Numbered from the stretch's first letter, positions 49,195 to 62,886 are shown. The stretch is DNA of 64,000 nt from Chiloscyllium plagiosum (GCF_004010195.1 NC_057737.1:13442748-13506747); one strand, 5' to 3'. Notes: generated by a model from the sequence alone, not told the origin. Made by a program: numbers and translations.

Positions 49195-50115
49195 GGGCAT
49201 CACTGGCTGGGCCAGTATTTATTGTCTGTCCCTAGTTGGCCCTTGAGAAGGTGGTGGTGAGCTGCCTTCTTGAATTGCTGCAGTCCACCTGCTGTGGATT
49301 GACCCACAATGCCATTAAGGAGGGAATTCCAGGATTTTGACGCAGTGACAGTGAAGAAACACTGACATATTTCCAAGTCAGGATGGTGTGTGGCTTGGAG
49401 GGGAACTTGAACTTGGTGGTGTTCCCATATATCTGCTGCCCTTGACCTTCTAGGTGGAAGTGGTAGGGAGTTTGGAAGGTACTGTCGGAGGATGTTTGGT
49501 GAATTTCTGCAGTGCATCATGTAGATAGTACACAGTGCTACTACTCAGCACTGTGAAGGGAAAGGATGCTTGTGGATATAGTGCCAATCAAACTGGCTGT
49601 TTTGTGTTGGATGGTGTCAAGCTTGAGTGTTGTTGGGGCTGCATTCATCCAGGCAAGTGGGGATTATTCTATCACACTCCTGACTGTGCCTTGTAAATGG
49701 TGAACAGGCTTTTGGCATTTTGGAGGTGAGTACTCACTGCAGTATTCTTGGCCTCGGACCTGCTCTCATAGCAACAACATTCATGCGGTGAGTCCAGGTG
49801 AGTTTCTGATCAATGAGAACTCCCAGGATGTTGATAGTAGGAGACTCAGTGATAGTAACACCATTGAATGTCAAGGGGTGGTGGTAAGTTTGTCCATTAA
49901 TGGTGATGGTCACAGCCTGGCACTTGTGTGGCGTGAATGCTACTTGTCACTTGTCAGCCCAAGCCTGGATATTGTGCAGATCTTGTTGCATTTGGATAAG
50001 GATTTCTCCAATATCTGAGAAGTCATGAACGGTGCTGAGCATTGTGCAATCATCAGCAAACATCCCCACTTCAGACCTTATGATGAAGGGAAGGTAATTG
50101 AAGCAGCTGAAGGTG
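49195..50115 (-). mobile_element. Ancient CR1/L2-group LINE 3' end
   Basis: SKSWNSL...GLQQFKKAAHHHLLKG; homologous to 34390-34930. Confidence 0.7.
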
Positions 50116-51449
50116 GGTATTTGAGGTGTATTTATATGGTGTATTTAAGAATGAGATAGATAGATTCTTGATCAGTAGGTGAATAAAGGGTTATAGGGAA
50201 GGGTAGGAAGGTGGACGTGAAGAATGTCAGATCAGTCATGATCCTTTTGAATGGTAGAGCAGGTTTGAGGGACTCAAAGTAGCAGCCAACTACTTTGCAG
50301 AGAAGTTGTTAGTAGTTACACTCATTTGTAATAATTAACGTTAAAATTAAACATGGTGAAATTCTGCACTGCAATGTCACAAAAATCATGCATTATTGTA
50401 ATTGTATAAGACATTGTGCCTTTTTCATATTGACGAGTCAGTTAGCTCAGCTGGTTGAATGGCTGGTTTGCAATACCTACAGCACAGATTCATTTCATAC
50501 ACCAGCTGAGGTTACCTTGAAGGACTCTCCTTCTGAACCTCTCCTCTCCCCTGAGCTGTGGTGACACACCGGTTAAACCACCACCAGTTCTTCCTACCTT
50601 TAATGAATGAGTAGGACTGTGGTGACCTTACTTTGTGGATGTGGGATAGTCAAAGCCACTTTTAATTGTAACATCCTGAAGACTACTTTTTTTATGATAA
50701 CACAAATAATGTTTGTCTGAACTCTTAGATATTCAACTATACACAGGTTCAGGGCTGGTTTATAGCATCTGAACCTGATGAGTGTAGGATGAAAAACTTG
50801 GGGGGACTTTGTATTTCTTTTTAGCAATGGTAAGTTCTATGCTGCAAAGCAATTATAACATACCATACTAATAAACTGATAGATGTGACCTTCATATTTT
50901 CTTCTGAATTTCTCATCCATTTTAAAAAAATAGGAGGCATCTCTCAATTCTATGAGTACAAATTTGAGAAACAAAACTATTCTACATCAAGCAGACATAA
51001 TGGATTGAATTTTTGTTTGGCTAAATTTGCAATGTATTCCCCCCTCCCCACCCATGAGGTTTAGCGAGTTTTCTTGCTTAACTTTACCAAATTTACTGCA
51101 TTAAATTGCCTACTACATGCCTGTTGCATCTCTCAAGTCTGATTTCCGCCTTGTCTTACCATGCACTATTCCCAGAATAACTCGACACTCAGCAATAAGC
51201 AATAATTACTGTCAATTGGCAACACACCGCTGCCTAGCTCTAATCGTACCACATCACTTGTGAAAAGCATAAATATGGCTTGAGTTGCTAAGAGGGGCTT
51301 CATTGGACTGATCCTACCACACATCTCAGCACAGCCCAAGTTGGTCAAAACTCTAAGATTTTGCCAACATGTGACCACACAATGCTGCATGAAAGAGCTT
51401 AGGCTTCAGCATCTACTTCAACATTGTTAACACATTCAGTAGGGATCAG

Positions 51450-52650
51450 TACATGCAGATGGATTTAGATTGGTTGAGTGAGTGGGCAAAAAATCTGGCA
51501 GGAGTGTAATGTGGGAAAGCGTGGAGCTGTTCATTTGGCAGAAAGAATAAAAAAAAAAGTACGACTCAAGACGGAGAACAACTGCAGAATTGAGGGATAG
51601 AGGATTTAAGTGTTCTAATGCTCAAATTTTAAAATATTAGTACATTGGTTCAGCAAGCAATTAGAAATATTAATGAAATATTATTTATTGTGAGAGGAAA
51701 TGAACAGAGAAGGATAGACATTTTGCCTCAGTTAAATACAGCATTAATACGACAGCACCTTGAATACATGTGCAGTTTGGTTTCTTTATTTAAGCATCAA
51801 AATACATTGGAGATGGACCAGAGAAGGTTTACTAGGTTGATACCTGGAATTAATGGGTTGTTACACCACACGCTGCATCTGAAAGGCTAAGAGCATTGTG
51901 GAAGACCCCATACACCTCTCACACAAACTCTTCTCCCTCTTGCTACCTGGCAGAAGATACCAGAGCATTCAGACTCTCATGGCCAGACTGTGCAACAGTT
52001 TCTTCTCCCCCCCACCCCCCCAAGCCATCAGGCACTTTCCCATCTAAAAGTTTTAGCACAACTTTGATTTGCTGTTAGAAAAATGTGTATTATTTATCAT
52101 TCTTCTATTACACTATAACTTGTGTGTTTTGCACTTCTTATGCACTTTATGCTATGTATGAGTGTGTAGACTGTGCGGTCTATATAGCACCCTCAGTCCT
52201 GGAGCAACGCTGTCTTGTTTTTACTGTTTCTGTTGTAAATGGGAGAAGTGATAAATAAAAAGCTACTCTTGTCTTATGAGGAAAGGTAGGACAGACTTGG
52301 TACTTTTACTGAAATTTAGAAGAGAGAGGGGTTACTAGTTTGAAGCATACAAGATACTAAACAGCCTTTACAAAGAAGGGATGTTTCCTTTTGTGGGTGA
52401 GCCCAGAACTAGGGACTATAAAAATTAGGGGTCACCCTTTCAGATAGAGGTGATAATTCTTTTTCTCTGAGGGCAGTGAAGACAGGATAATTTAATACTT
52501 TTAAGGACAAGTTAGATACATTTTTATTGGACAACAACTCAAAAGGTTATCAGGGTAGATGGGAATGAGAAACTAAAAACATCACCATTGCAGCCATGAT
52601 TTTACTGAATACTGGAGCAGGCTGAATGGCCTACTTCTGCCCCTAATTTT
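51450..52650 (+). mobile_element. Old CR1 fragment interrupted by a Rex1-like insert
   Basis: QRRFTRLIPG...gggttgt[insert]ttgtcttatgaggaaagg continuity across the insert. Confidence 0.7.
51862..52268 (+). mobile_element. Rex1/Babar-like LINE 3' end
   Basis: Degenerate KAKSIVEDP.HPSH.LF.LLP.GRRYQSI...RLCNSFF..QAIR, followed by a 3' UTR with AATAAA. Confidence 0.65.
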
Positions 52651-55020
52651 TGTGTTCAGCGACACTCAAGAAGCTCAGTACCACAGATTTTTAAAAAACC
52701 TACAAGATTAGAACATATTCACTTCTTTAAATATTCATTGTAGATGGTAAATGCTACCAGATCCACAAAGGTGCACTGCAATAACTGTGTCAGTTCCGCA
52801 CGCACTTCAAATTGCTGAAACCACTCATGCATTGTAGCGACTCACAAGGGTTCTTCAGCAGCACCATTTAAACCTGCAATCTCTACCACCGAGAAGGACA
52901 AGAGCAGCAAGGAGCATTACCTTCAAGCTACAGCAATTGCTGTTCCTGCAAAGTTGCTAGGCCAATTCTTGGAACTCTCCTCTAAACACTATGGTAGGTG
53001 CACCAACCTTCCATGGACTGCGATAGTTCAGGAAGGCAGTTCACCATCACCCTCGAGTGCAATTAGCAATGCACAATAAACATTGGCCTGGAGACACCCA
53101 CAGCTCATGAACAAATATTAAGTATTATTCCTAAAAAGAGCATAAAGCACTTTGCCTCTTTACAGATCCACATGTATCATCCATGCAATGTTGAAGTTAC
53201 AGAAACATTTGTATTTCTATCACAGCATAAAATTCTGACAGGATCAATCAGAACTTTGTAAACAATTTTAGTATGCCAGCTTTAGAAAAGTTCAGGAAAT
53301 AACATACCATTCAAGTAAATGAGACACAAAGTGTTGTTTATTTATAACAAAAACATAAAGTGCGGATTATGTTTTACATTGTAACATTAAAATACTCCAA
53401 GTTAAGGAAACTTGATAGAGGAATGCATGTGAGACATTACATTAGTGACCATTTCGACAATAAAACCATAAAGAAAAATAATCTGTGTAAATGTGTGAAT
53501 GTAGTGAAAATAATACAATGGTGAAGAAACTCAGCAGGTCCAGCAGCATCTGTGGAGAGAAAAATAGAGTTGATGTTTCAAGTCCTTCAGAACTGAAGGG
53601 GGCTGGAAAATGATGGCACTTTTGCTGTTAACAAAAGGGGAGGAGAAGGAGGAAAACGTTGAACAGATGGTGAGGCTGTCCACAGCAAAAGGCAACAGGA
53701 TGGTAAAGGAGAGATACAGATGTAGAAAAGCTGTTAAATGATAGATGTTAGGAACAGAGCTGACCTATCTTCTGCTACTTAAAACTTCCATAAACACATT
53801 TTACATCTATAGATCTCCTCTACTACCACCAGCACTCCATTTGTCTTTTGCTCCCAGCAGGCTCACCATCTGTTCAACTTGCTCTTCCTGCCTCTTTGTC
53901 TGCACAGCACAAAATCCATAATTTTCCAGCCATCTTCAGTTCTGCAGAATTATTTGACTTGAAACATTAATTGTCTCTTTCTCTCCACAGATGCTACCAG
54001 ATTTCTCTAGCGCTTTGTTTTTATTTCAGAATTTCAGCTTCCATAATTCTTTACTTCTATATGTGTAGATGTAGTGCATTGAACTTTACAGCCAAGACCA
54101 GAAGTTCTACTTTACCAAAAGCTGTCCCTATAAAATTTAGACATTTCTGGAACTTAATAATTGTAATATCTAGCTTATTAATAGGTGTAGCTTAATTCTT
54201 ATAGAGACTGAAGGCTCTGATTACATTATGGAATATGCTTAGCTTTTCCTATGAAATTCCTTGATTGCCATCAAAAACAAACATTACAATCAGCTTGATA
54301 GCGAGTTTTGAATATTGGTGTAAAGGAATTTGGCATGAACACATGCTAAACATGCAGATGCTAATATCTCAAAGTACAAAGCCGTAATCTTATGTTCATG
54401 GGATCACCTTTATTTCAAAGTAACATCCCCCACACCCTAGTTTTATTGCCCTTCAAATTTGTGCAGGCTATATTACTAACTGTAAACAAAGGTGTGTATT
54501 GTTGACTTACCCCTACAATTTGATTTAAAAAAAAACTTTTGGTAGGTCTTTTGCATGATGCAGTCACATGGTATGGCACCATGTGCTGGTGCCCCACAAG
54601 TGGCAGAGCACTGCTTGAAAAGGACTGCCTCACCATAATATGGACCTTCTGAATCCATAACGATCTAGCACTGATTGAGAGATTAAATGAGATCAGTATA
54701 CTCCTGAAGCATTATATCTTCAAAGGGGGTTCCAGCACATGCTTTGAAATTTGCGTTACAGGTAGACAGGGTGGTTAAAAAGGCATTTAGCATGCTTGCC
54801 TTCATTGCTCAGACTTTTGAGTGATGCCCCTGCTCTAAAGTTATGATTCATGCATGAATCAGAGCTATTTAGATGACACAGCTGGAGGCATGGACTTCCA
54901 AGGAATCAGATCTTTCAAAAAAAGAGGAAGAGGAAGGGAAAAAAGGTAAAGAGGATGAAGGAATAAAATGAAATGAGTGCTAAACATTATTACTTTTTCT
55001 CCCAAACTCTCTCCTCACAG

Positions 55021-55252
55021 TTAAAAATCACACAACACCAGGTTAGTGTCCAACAGGTTTAATTGGAAGCACTCGCTTTTGGAGCGCTGCTCCTTCATCA
55101 GGTGATTGTGACAACCACCACCACACAACTGCCTGGTGAAGGAGCAGCGCTCCAAAAGCTAGTGCTTCCAATTAAACCTGTTGGACACTAATCTGGTGTT
55201 GTGCGATTTTTAACTTTGTATAGCCCAGTCCAACATCGGCATCTCCAAATCG
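55021..55252. mobile_element. Penelope-type fold-back insertion with 13-bp TSD
   Basis: Arms about 55021-55103 and 55132-55213; TCTCTCCTCACAG at 55008-55020 and 55253-55265. Confidence 0.85.
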
Positions 55253-55886
55253 TCTCTCCTCACAGCTTATAATTATGGTTCCCTGGGCATGATCAATAAG
55301 ACAGCTTAGGTTGAATCATATAAAACTGACAGCAAAGAGCGAGAGAGAGAAATTTGGCAAACTTTGTGATAAAGACCAGTTGCATTGTACAGCCTGTACA
55401 TCAACAAAATTATTAGCTCCACTTTACAACAATGGCTACACTTAAAAATCATCTCATTGCATGGTCCATCAGATTAGAGCATTCAAAACGGTTTTCTTCC
55501 TCCCCACCCTTTTTTACATCAACCAGTTAAGATCAGGACACTCTCATATAAAAACACGATGGGCAAGGCTTTCATGTTAAAAGACAGGAGCAGCATTTGG
55601 GCAGATATTGACAAATGCTGAAGGAGACACTAACTCCTGATAACCTTAGCCTGTTGGAAATCACATCTACCCAAAAGGCCACTCACTAAATATCAATAAT
55701 TAACAGTATCACAAGGCACTTCACATACAAAAATATATTAGATTGGAAACTGCTTTACAGAACTGTGAGGGAGCAGAAAGGCATTAATGGAAACCCCCTC
55801 TGCAGAAAGCCAAGTTAATGTTCTGGGCAGTAAAATCACAGAATAAAATCAGTATTCTCGCAGTATCAAGAAGCATTCAGATATTA

Positions 55887-56311
55887 CAGGTAGAAAATCC
55901 CTTATCCGAACATCCAAAAACTGAAAAGCTCCAAAATCCAAAGGTTTTTTGTGAAGTTTTTTTCTCATTACCAAGATTGTTTGGCGAGCAAACTTTTATC
56001 CCAGGTCGACACCCACTCGATGCATGTCACGAAGATGCTGATGTTGGGGGGGGGGGGTGGGGTCGTGACCAAGCACTGACAGGCCTGGGGTTTCTCTGTG
56101 AACACCCCCAAGTTGATACCCACTCGATGTGTGTCACTCAGAATGCAACATGGGGGGAATGGCCAAGCACGTTCTTAATAAAAAGTCTGCTCCTCCGTTA
56201 AGATTTTTCAAAATTTCACCATTAAACTCTCACTTGTTCTGAAAACTGAAAAATTCCGAATTCCAAAAAACAGCTAGTCCCGAGCATTTCGGATAAAGGA
56301 TCGTCAACCTG
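55887..56311. mobile_element. Tc1/mariner (Tigger-like) MITE, 425 bp
   Basis: TIRs CAGGTAGAAAATCCCTTATCCGAA and CAGGTTGACGATCCTTTATCCGAA (reverse complement), flanked by TA on both sides. Confidence 0.8.
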
Positions 56312-56413
56312 TACTGTGCTTACATCCTACAGTGATACCGTGACTGTGGCTTTCTTCCAGCTAGAAGGCAAATCTGTTGGTCTGCGTTTAAAACCAGACG
56401 TTGAGTGCAATCC

Positions 56414-56881
56414 TCACTTGCTTCGATTCGCCTGATTCTTTTGTGTAGCTTCTTCAGCTTTACTTTGTCTCCACTCACAAATGTCAGCAAAGTCACAAGA
56501 CCGACATTTCCATGCCTCCTCAATATCCACACCCTTGGCCTCCCTCTGGCCCCTCCAGAAGGAGTAATAATGCTTTAGCTCACTTTTAACCCACTCCTCT
56601 TCAAAGTTGACCTCTTTTGTTCCAATTAGAGAGGCATCTGCTTGGTAACAGTATTCTATTTTCATGGCGTCAATATTGGGGATCTCTGCATATCTCAGGT
56701 TTAACAATATTAAATCCAGAAGGTCACCGAATGCGCTTATGGTAAATCCCACCTTCTGAGCATGCAACAGAATCTCTGAACTAAACGGCTGCTCCGTCCT
56801 TAAGCAAAGATGGTGAGTGATAGTGTCCTTGTTCAGTTGGCCTTTTATCATAGCCTCAAAGAGAAGTTTGTATATATTAAC
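56414..56881 (-). CDS. EXO5: EXO5 last coding exon (VNIYKLLFEAM…EEAWKCRSCDFADICEW…RSK*)
   Basis: 468 nt, phase 0; Q...Y motif across the junction and C-terminal CxxCxxxxxC Fe-S ligands. Confidence 0.92.
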   Translation of the reverse strand, partial: VNIYKLLFEAMIKGQLNKDTITHHLCLRTEQPFSSEILLHAQKVGFTISAFGDLLDLILLNLRYAEIPNIDAMKIEYCYQADASLIGTKEVNFEEEWVKSELKHYYSFWRGQREAKGVDIEEAWKCRSCDFADICEWRQSKAEEATQKNQANRSK

Positions 56882-57935
56882 CTGGTAATAAAAAAGGGGA
56901 CTTAGTTTTACGAAATGATCGATACAGAGCCAATATCACTTCAATAAAATGTTAACATTTCCACATATGCTGCCAGACTGGAGTTTCTTCACAAATTTCT
57001 CTTTTTGTTTGTTTCAGATTTCTAGCATCTACAGTTCTTTATTTCACTTCAATATATCTTTGCTATTCATTTCACACACCAGAAGTCTTCACTTGTTCCC
57101 TGGTTGTGCAGTGTATTTCTTTTTTTAAACCTTTGGAATCCATGTACAAAATGACATGAGAGTAACCTATAACTTCTTCCCAATTGGAATGTTGTGACAG
57201 CATGTTTAATTGCTGGTTGGGATCACAAAACACAACAACACTAGAAAATTTAATACTGGCATTTAAACAGTGGGCTTTCTCATTGAAGAATTTCCCCTTT
57301 TAAGAATGCTAGAACTGTTCTGTGCAAAGCCACCAACAGCCACTGTGCTGCAGCAGTGGCCCACAAATATTAATGAGAAATTGGTTGAGGGAGGGATATT
57401 GATCAGTCAGACAAAATGGTACAGTATTCTGAATCAGGCAGCTATCACATTCAGTGTCTATAATTACAGGATTAAAAGCCAGCAAATGGTAGAAAAAAAC
57501 AAGGGATTTTCCAATTGATTTCTGTAGTTGGAGAGAAACCGAACTTCACTTCCAATATATGCACAGTGTAGATATGAGTTAACAGCCAATTATTGTTAAA
57601 TGACTTGATACTTAAATTCAAGTCCAACCAGTAACTAATCAATCAACATGAAACCCTGCAATTCCTGACTGATGCTTTATCAAACTGCACTGAATCACAG
57701 AGAAATACAGTGGGAGTAACAAGACTTTGTAACTAGAGATGACAAGACAAAAGTTGTATGGAAAAGTTATTTTTTTTTAAGGATTTAACAACATTTTCTA
57801 TAAATTCTATAATAAAGAATTTTATAGTTTTAGAATATGATATGTTTACAAGAGAATTAAATCAGATAAACATGAGGTTGAAGGTCTTGTGAGCCAATGA
57901 AAACAGATCCTTTTCAAATTTTTGCCCCCACTTAC

Positions 57936-58108
57936 TTGTAACTGATGACTCTTCCTTTGAGCTACACTGGGATATGTTCGCTGACCACGAGTTTTCAGTT
58001 CATGCAATTCCAGTTCACCTTTGGAATTATAGCACAGCTCATCAACAACACCAACAAGGAAAATCCCCTCCAGCTCTCCAAACACTGGCAGCTCTCGGAC
58101 ACGCTCTC
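57936..58108 (-). CDS. EXO5: EXO5 exon with nuclease motifs ([25 protein letters not shown]…ELKTR…HQLQ)
   Basis: 173 nt, phase 1 to 0; PD-(D/E)XK-type G.VDEL and ELKTR. Confidence 0.92.
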
Positions 58109-58462
58109 CTATTCAATACACAACCAAATTACTTGGTTAGAATACAGCTGAGTGGACAGCCTCAATGATATTCACTACTCCTGCAGATGGTTATAAATTT
58201 GAGTCCTATGTTGACAATTACTCAAACCCGACTCTCTTTCAGCTAGATAGTTTTCAGCTGATTACATAGATGGTGCAGCTCACCATGATGAGGCTTGTTA
58301 TATTCTGAAGAGGCAAATTTTTAAAAACCTATCCAGCATGGTTAGAAAAACTGGATGACGCTGTGGAAAATGCTACAAAACAAAAGCAAATTATTTTGTA
58401 GCATAAACGATGAAAGAAGTTTCCTACCTTTAAGGCAAATACCTGACAATGTTTTTATATAC

Positions 58463-58567
58463 CTGCTTGCAAGAACTGGATCATTGAGAGAAGATTAAGT
58501 ATCTTCACAGCCCAGCTATCTTCTCGGCTCTCTACTTTTATTGGGACAATATCTTGGACCTCCAATT
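58463..58567 (-). CDS. EXO5: EXO5 exon ([35 protein letters not shown])
   Basis: 105 nt, phase 1 to 1; ELE....V.V..REDxWA.K.LN motif. Confidence 0.9.
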
Positions 58568-59512
58568 CTAAAACAGAAGCAGAAATAACCTTACTCACAC
58601 TTGCCCTTTAACAACCACAGCAGAACTGCAGTGTGAATTCGGATGGACGGACAGACGGAGAGGGAAGTTAAGACTGCCACTAAACTTTTGAAAAATATTG
58701 ACTTTTGAAGAAAGACATTTCAATCCCAGCTGACTTTGTTCATCAATGAAGCAGCACTGGTTCTTAAATTAATGTCAGGAGTAGTGATTAAATTAAATCT
58801 CAAGATCAGCCTTGTGTCTGCCAAGGCAGTAGTTTAATAAAAACAGCAGGTAAATGGGGCTCATTCAGAAGCAGAAAATCCACTTTTGATTCCTCCTTTA
58901 TTCATGTTAGATCAAAGAAAATATGAAGAATAGACATGACACACAGTTCCAACTTCTGATCATTACTTGGTGTCCCTACTGAAAAATGTCTGCTTTATAA
59001 AATTATTTAATAGGAAATAGTAATTGCTGGCAAGGTCAGAATTTGTTGCCCATCCCCAGTTGCCCCTGTACAGAGTGGCTTGTGCGGCCATTTGTGCAAG
59101 TAGTTAAGAGTCATCACATTACTGACAGTCTGGATTCTTATGTGAGCCAGACCAGGTAAGAACAGTAGATTGCCAGATTTTTTTTTATGACAATCAATCA
59201 GTCACCATTACTGAGACAGACGTAGAAATTGGATTTAGATTCCACCAGCTGCCATGGTGGAATAATCCCCAAAGCATTAGCCTGTACCTCTGGGTTACGA
59301 GTGTAATGACATCACAACTACACTATCTCCCCCTACATATGTAGATAGGATGAGACTTGGTTGTGATGCAGCTCAGAACTAAATAACAAGCCAAAGTTTG
59401 GAAGCAAACATATTCACAAATGAGGTGACTACGGACCCTAAGCACTGACTAATGCTGGGACAAACAACTTGATGCTGGGACTAGCAATGTTCATTTCAGT
59501 CTAAAAGGTTAC

Positions 59513-59778
59513 CTCTTGCCAGGTGTAGACAGCTACCAGCTTTCACAACTGGAACTTCTTCTCGCAGTTGTTCAATGTGTGGCAGTTCTAGACCATAAAC
59601 CACTTGCTGCTCGCACCAAGCCTGTCGACTCAGGTCAGTGACATTCAGGTACCTTCGACCAAAGCGCTCCAGCGGGATCCTTTCATCCTGCTTTTTCCGT
59701 TTACTGCCACTGCCCTCAGGTCGCACGTCGCTTTTCTGTTCAGACACATTTAGCTGATTGGAGGATTGCTTGTTTCCA
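59513..59778 (-). CDS. EXO5: EXO5 exon (…PLERFGRRYLNVTDLSRQAWCEQQVVYG…VKAGSCLHLAR)
   Basis: L.VTDL..Q.WCEQQ (first Fe-S cysteine) and G..LHLARE motifs; 266 nt, phase 2 to 1. Confidence 0.9.
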
Positions 59779-60014
59779 CTAGGGTCAGGGGAGGGGAGAG
59801 AAAGATTGATTGCCCAAATTTATTTTTTAATTATGGGGCAGAAGGAAAAGTAAGTAAAGAGCACCTCAGCATCAAATTCTTCTTTTCATAGAGAAATAGG
59901 AAATACTTGTAATTAATGACCAGCTGTCAAAACCAGGGGTGATATGTAGTGTTAAAGCATGCAATTTTAATTATTGCATTGCTCGACCTGAAACAGAAGC
60001 TTCCTTCTCCAAAA

Positions 60015-60720
60015 CAGTCATAGGAACATAGGAGCAGCAGGAGGTCATTCAGCCCTTTAGGTCTGTACAGCCATTCTTGATAATGGGTCATCAACTACCT
60101 CAATCTATATGCTGACGCTGTCTAAAATCCCTCAATTTTATTGGTGACTCAAAATATATTAATTTCTGCCTTGAAATTTACTTAATGACCGAGCTTACAC
60201 AGTCTGCTGAGGGAGAGAATTCCAAAGATACAACACCCAAGTGAAGAAGTTCTTCTTCATCTCAGTCCTAAACAGTCTCAAAGTAAGAGGCTATGTCACC
60301 TAGTTCTATACACCACAGACAGAATAAACATCCTTTCTGTATATACTGTTTATGTCTTTCAGAATTGTGTAACTTCCTAGGAGACTGCTAAACTCTGAAC
60401 AGAGAATACCAGGTAAAGTCTTCACAATCTCTCTTCGTAGACAGTCCCACAATTTAATCTGGTGAATTTCCACTGTAATCCCCCTACAGCATGTATATCC
60501 TTCCTTAGGCATGGGATCAGACTTCATTCAATACTCCAGCTATGGTGTCACTAGTTTCTATACAGCTGAAGCAAAACTTCTTTGTTCCTGGACACACATT
60601 ATTTTGTGATTAAGGCAAATATACCATTTGTCTTCAGAATTGCTTGCGGCACCTGAATGCTAGCTTTCAGTGATTTCTGAACAAGGATGGCTTTGGACGT
60701 CAACACTTTCCAATCTTTAA
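60015..60720 (-). mobile_element. Old CR1 fragment in an EXO5 intron
   Basis: cataggaacataggagcag tail and similarity to the other minus-strand CR1 copies. Confidence 0.65.
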
Positions 60721-61003
60721 CCCATTTAGTACTCTGCACCTTTGTTTCTTCTTCCATTTCACCGAAAAGTATTAAAAAAGGATTTCACAAGAACTGCAAT
60801 TGCCAGTGTTGGAGCCTGTGGGAAGGCACCAAGAATGTTTTAATTAAAATTGCAAAGAGCTCAACTGATAAAGAGCATTGACACATTCAATTATTTACAC
60901 CGCAGTTGAGCAAACTAAGCGATACCTCTAAGCCAAGACTTATTACAATGTACTACAAGTATTAGCCACGATAATATAAAAATATAAAAAGCTTAAAAAT
61001 TAC

Positions 61004-61100
61004 CTACAAATATCTTCAACAGTTTCTTGTCCAGTACAGCAAGATTCAGTGGATCTGTTAGAGGTACGATCATCATCTCCCTCACAAAGTTCAGGTCTAT
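61004..61100 (-). CDS. EXO5: EXO5 candidate N-terminal exon (RPELCEGDDDRTSNRSTESCCTGQETVEDICS)
   Basis: ctcctAG acceptor, AG|GTAAT donor; 97 nt, phase 1 to 2, compatible with the next exon. Supported by splice sites only, no motif. Confidence 0.5.
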
Positions 61101-62401
61101 CTAGGAGATCAGAAATTAAACAAACAGGTCAAGATACATATTTCTGTAAACTTTACATATTTTCTTTTCAAACTGATTTACAATGTCAGTTGTGCTAAAA
61201 CTGAAGACTTATAGCTCTCACCAACTGGCTACAAAAACTACAAAGCTGTATCATATCTCAGGAAATGTATACCGACGTTACCAAGAAACATTTGACTTGT
61301 TGAACTTCAAAGTAAATTTTATACTCGTTCAAAACAAAAGTAAACTCGCTGACAGACAGAGTGATGTGTGAAGATTAATGACAATAGGTGATGCAATTTA
61401 TCAATAATTTCACAACCTTAAATGCATTCTTGTATTGTCCATTTTATTCAAAAAAAAACCTCCAACATCAATACCTGTTGCTTCCAGACTTGCTGAGCTT
61501 TTCCAGCAATGAAAACCTACTTTGTCATCACATAGGGGGCAAAAGGTTTCAGAAAATTATGCAAGATAGGGGGAAGCACATTTTAAAAAACTATGATTTG
61601 TTAATTGAAAATCTCAAGCTATTTCCATGACAGAGGCACGTGGTGAACTACAAAGACAGCTCAGGCGAAACACAGTAGTGACAAAGGATTAATCAAAAGA
61701 TGGGTAGTTAAAAAAAAAAGCATGTATTTAGCATTGTGATGTCTCACTGGGGTACTGCACTAGCAATCAAGCCCAGCTTTCCCCAGAGTCATCATCAAAG
61801 TTCACATTTTATAACAGTGCACAAAATTCCCCAATGTATTAGTCTTTCAGACCCAGGTTTGTTTGTTTACTTATTTTAGCTACAGGTAAATAACTATGAA
61901 CGAATGTATAACCCTACTAGTTGAAACTCTAACTACCTTATAAAACTCCCTACACAGAATGTAAAATACTGTGTAAAATATTGGAGTCATGACAGAGGGA
62001 AAGTCTGTGAAGGCAGTTTAATAGTCCCTGTTCAACTTGTCTAGCTTGCTGCTCCTCAACGTTCCAAGTACTTTTAATTGCTTGCAGGAGGTACAGGGTG
62101 ACTGGGTCACACCAATAAAGTATCTGATTTATTGGTTAAGAGCCATAGCTCACAGCAACTGATGAAGAAAAATAGACTTTCTTCAGGTGCAAATTATTTT
62201 TATTGCAGAGAGACTAGCTCCTTCTTTTCTGACGGTCCAATGACTCCTACCCAAACATTCACATCCACAAGCTGTTCAGTCACCTGGGTGACAATTACAC
62301 AGTTGTGGAAGGCCTTTGGTATTGGTCTGGTGGGTGGTGACCAGTTGTCCATCAGGTACCTGTTGCCCACCAAAAGCTCCATTCATACACAGCCCTTGGC
62401 T

Positions 62402-62886
62402 TAGACTTCCTCACCGCTTGAACAAACAGCAGTTTAAAATAGCACTTACAATGAGGGTCGAGCAACTTGCTTTAAAAAGAAGTGCAGTCTTTCTTTCCAA
62501 GTGCAGTTTTTAAAACTGTTCTTTTCCTATTTCAGTCCACAATTAGAGTCATAGAGATGTACAATGTGGAAACAGACCCCTTCAGCCCAACCCGTACATG
62601 CCGACCAGATATCCCAACCCAATCGAGTCCCACCTGCCAGCACCCGGCCCATATCCCTCCACCTCATAATTTTGTAAACCTCTATAAGGTCACCCCTCAA
62701 CCTCCGACGCTCCAGGGAAAAGAGCCGCAGCCTGTTCAGCCTCTCCCTGTAGGAGAGGCTGAACACATCCCTTGGCTCAGGCTCATCTGCAACTAGACTT
62801 CCCCACTGCTTGAACCATCAGCAGTTGAAAATAGCACTTACAATGAGGGTCAAGCAACTTGCTTTAAAAAGAAGTGCAGTATTTCT
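62402..62886. repeat. About 93-bp direct repeats (62402-62494 and 62794-62886)
   Basis: tagacttcc...aaaatagcacttacaatgagggtc.agcaacttgctttaaaaagaagtgcagt present twice. Confidence 0.9.
62545..62757 (-). mobile_element. CR1 3' end with an internal deletion
   Basis: YRERLNRL.LFSLERRRLRGDLIEVYKIMR joined directly to the 3' UTR. Confidence 0.85.
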
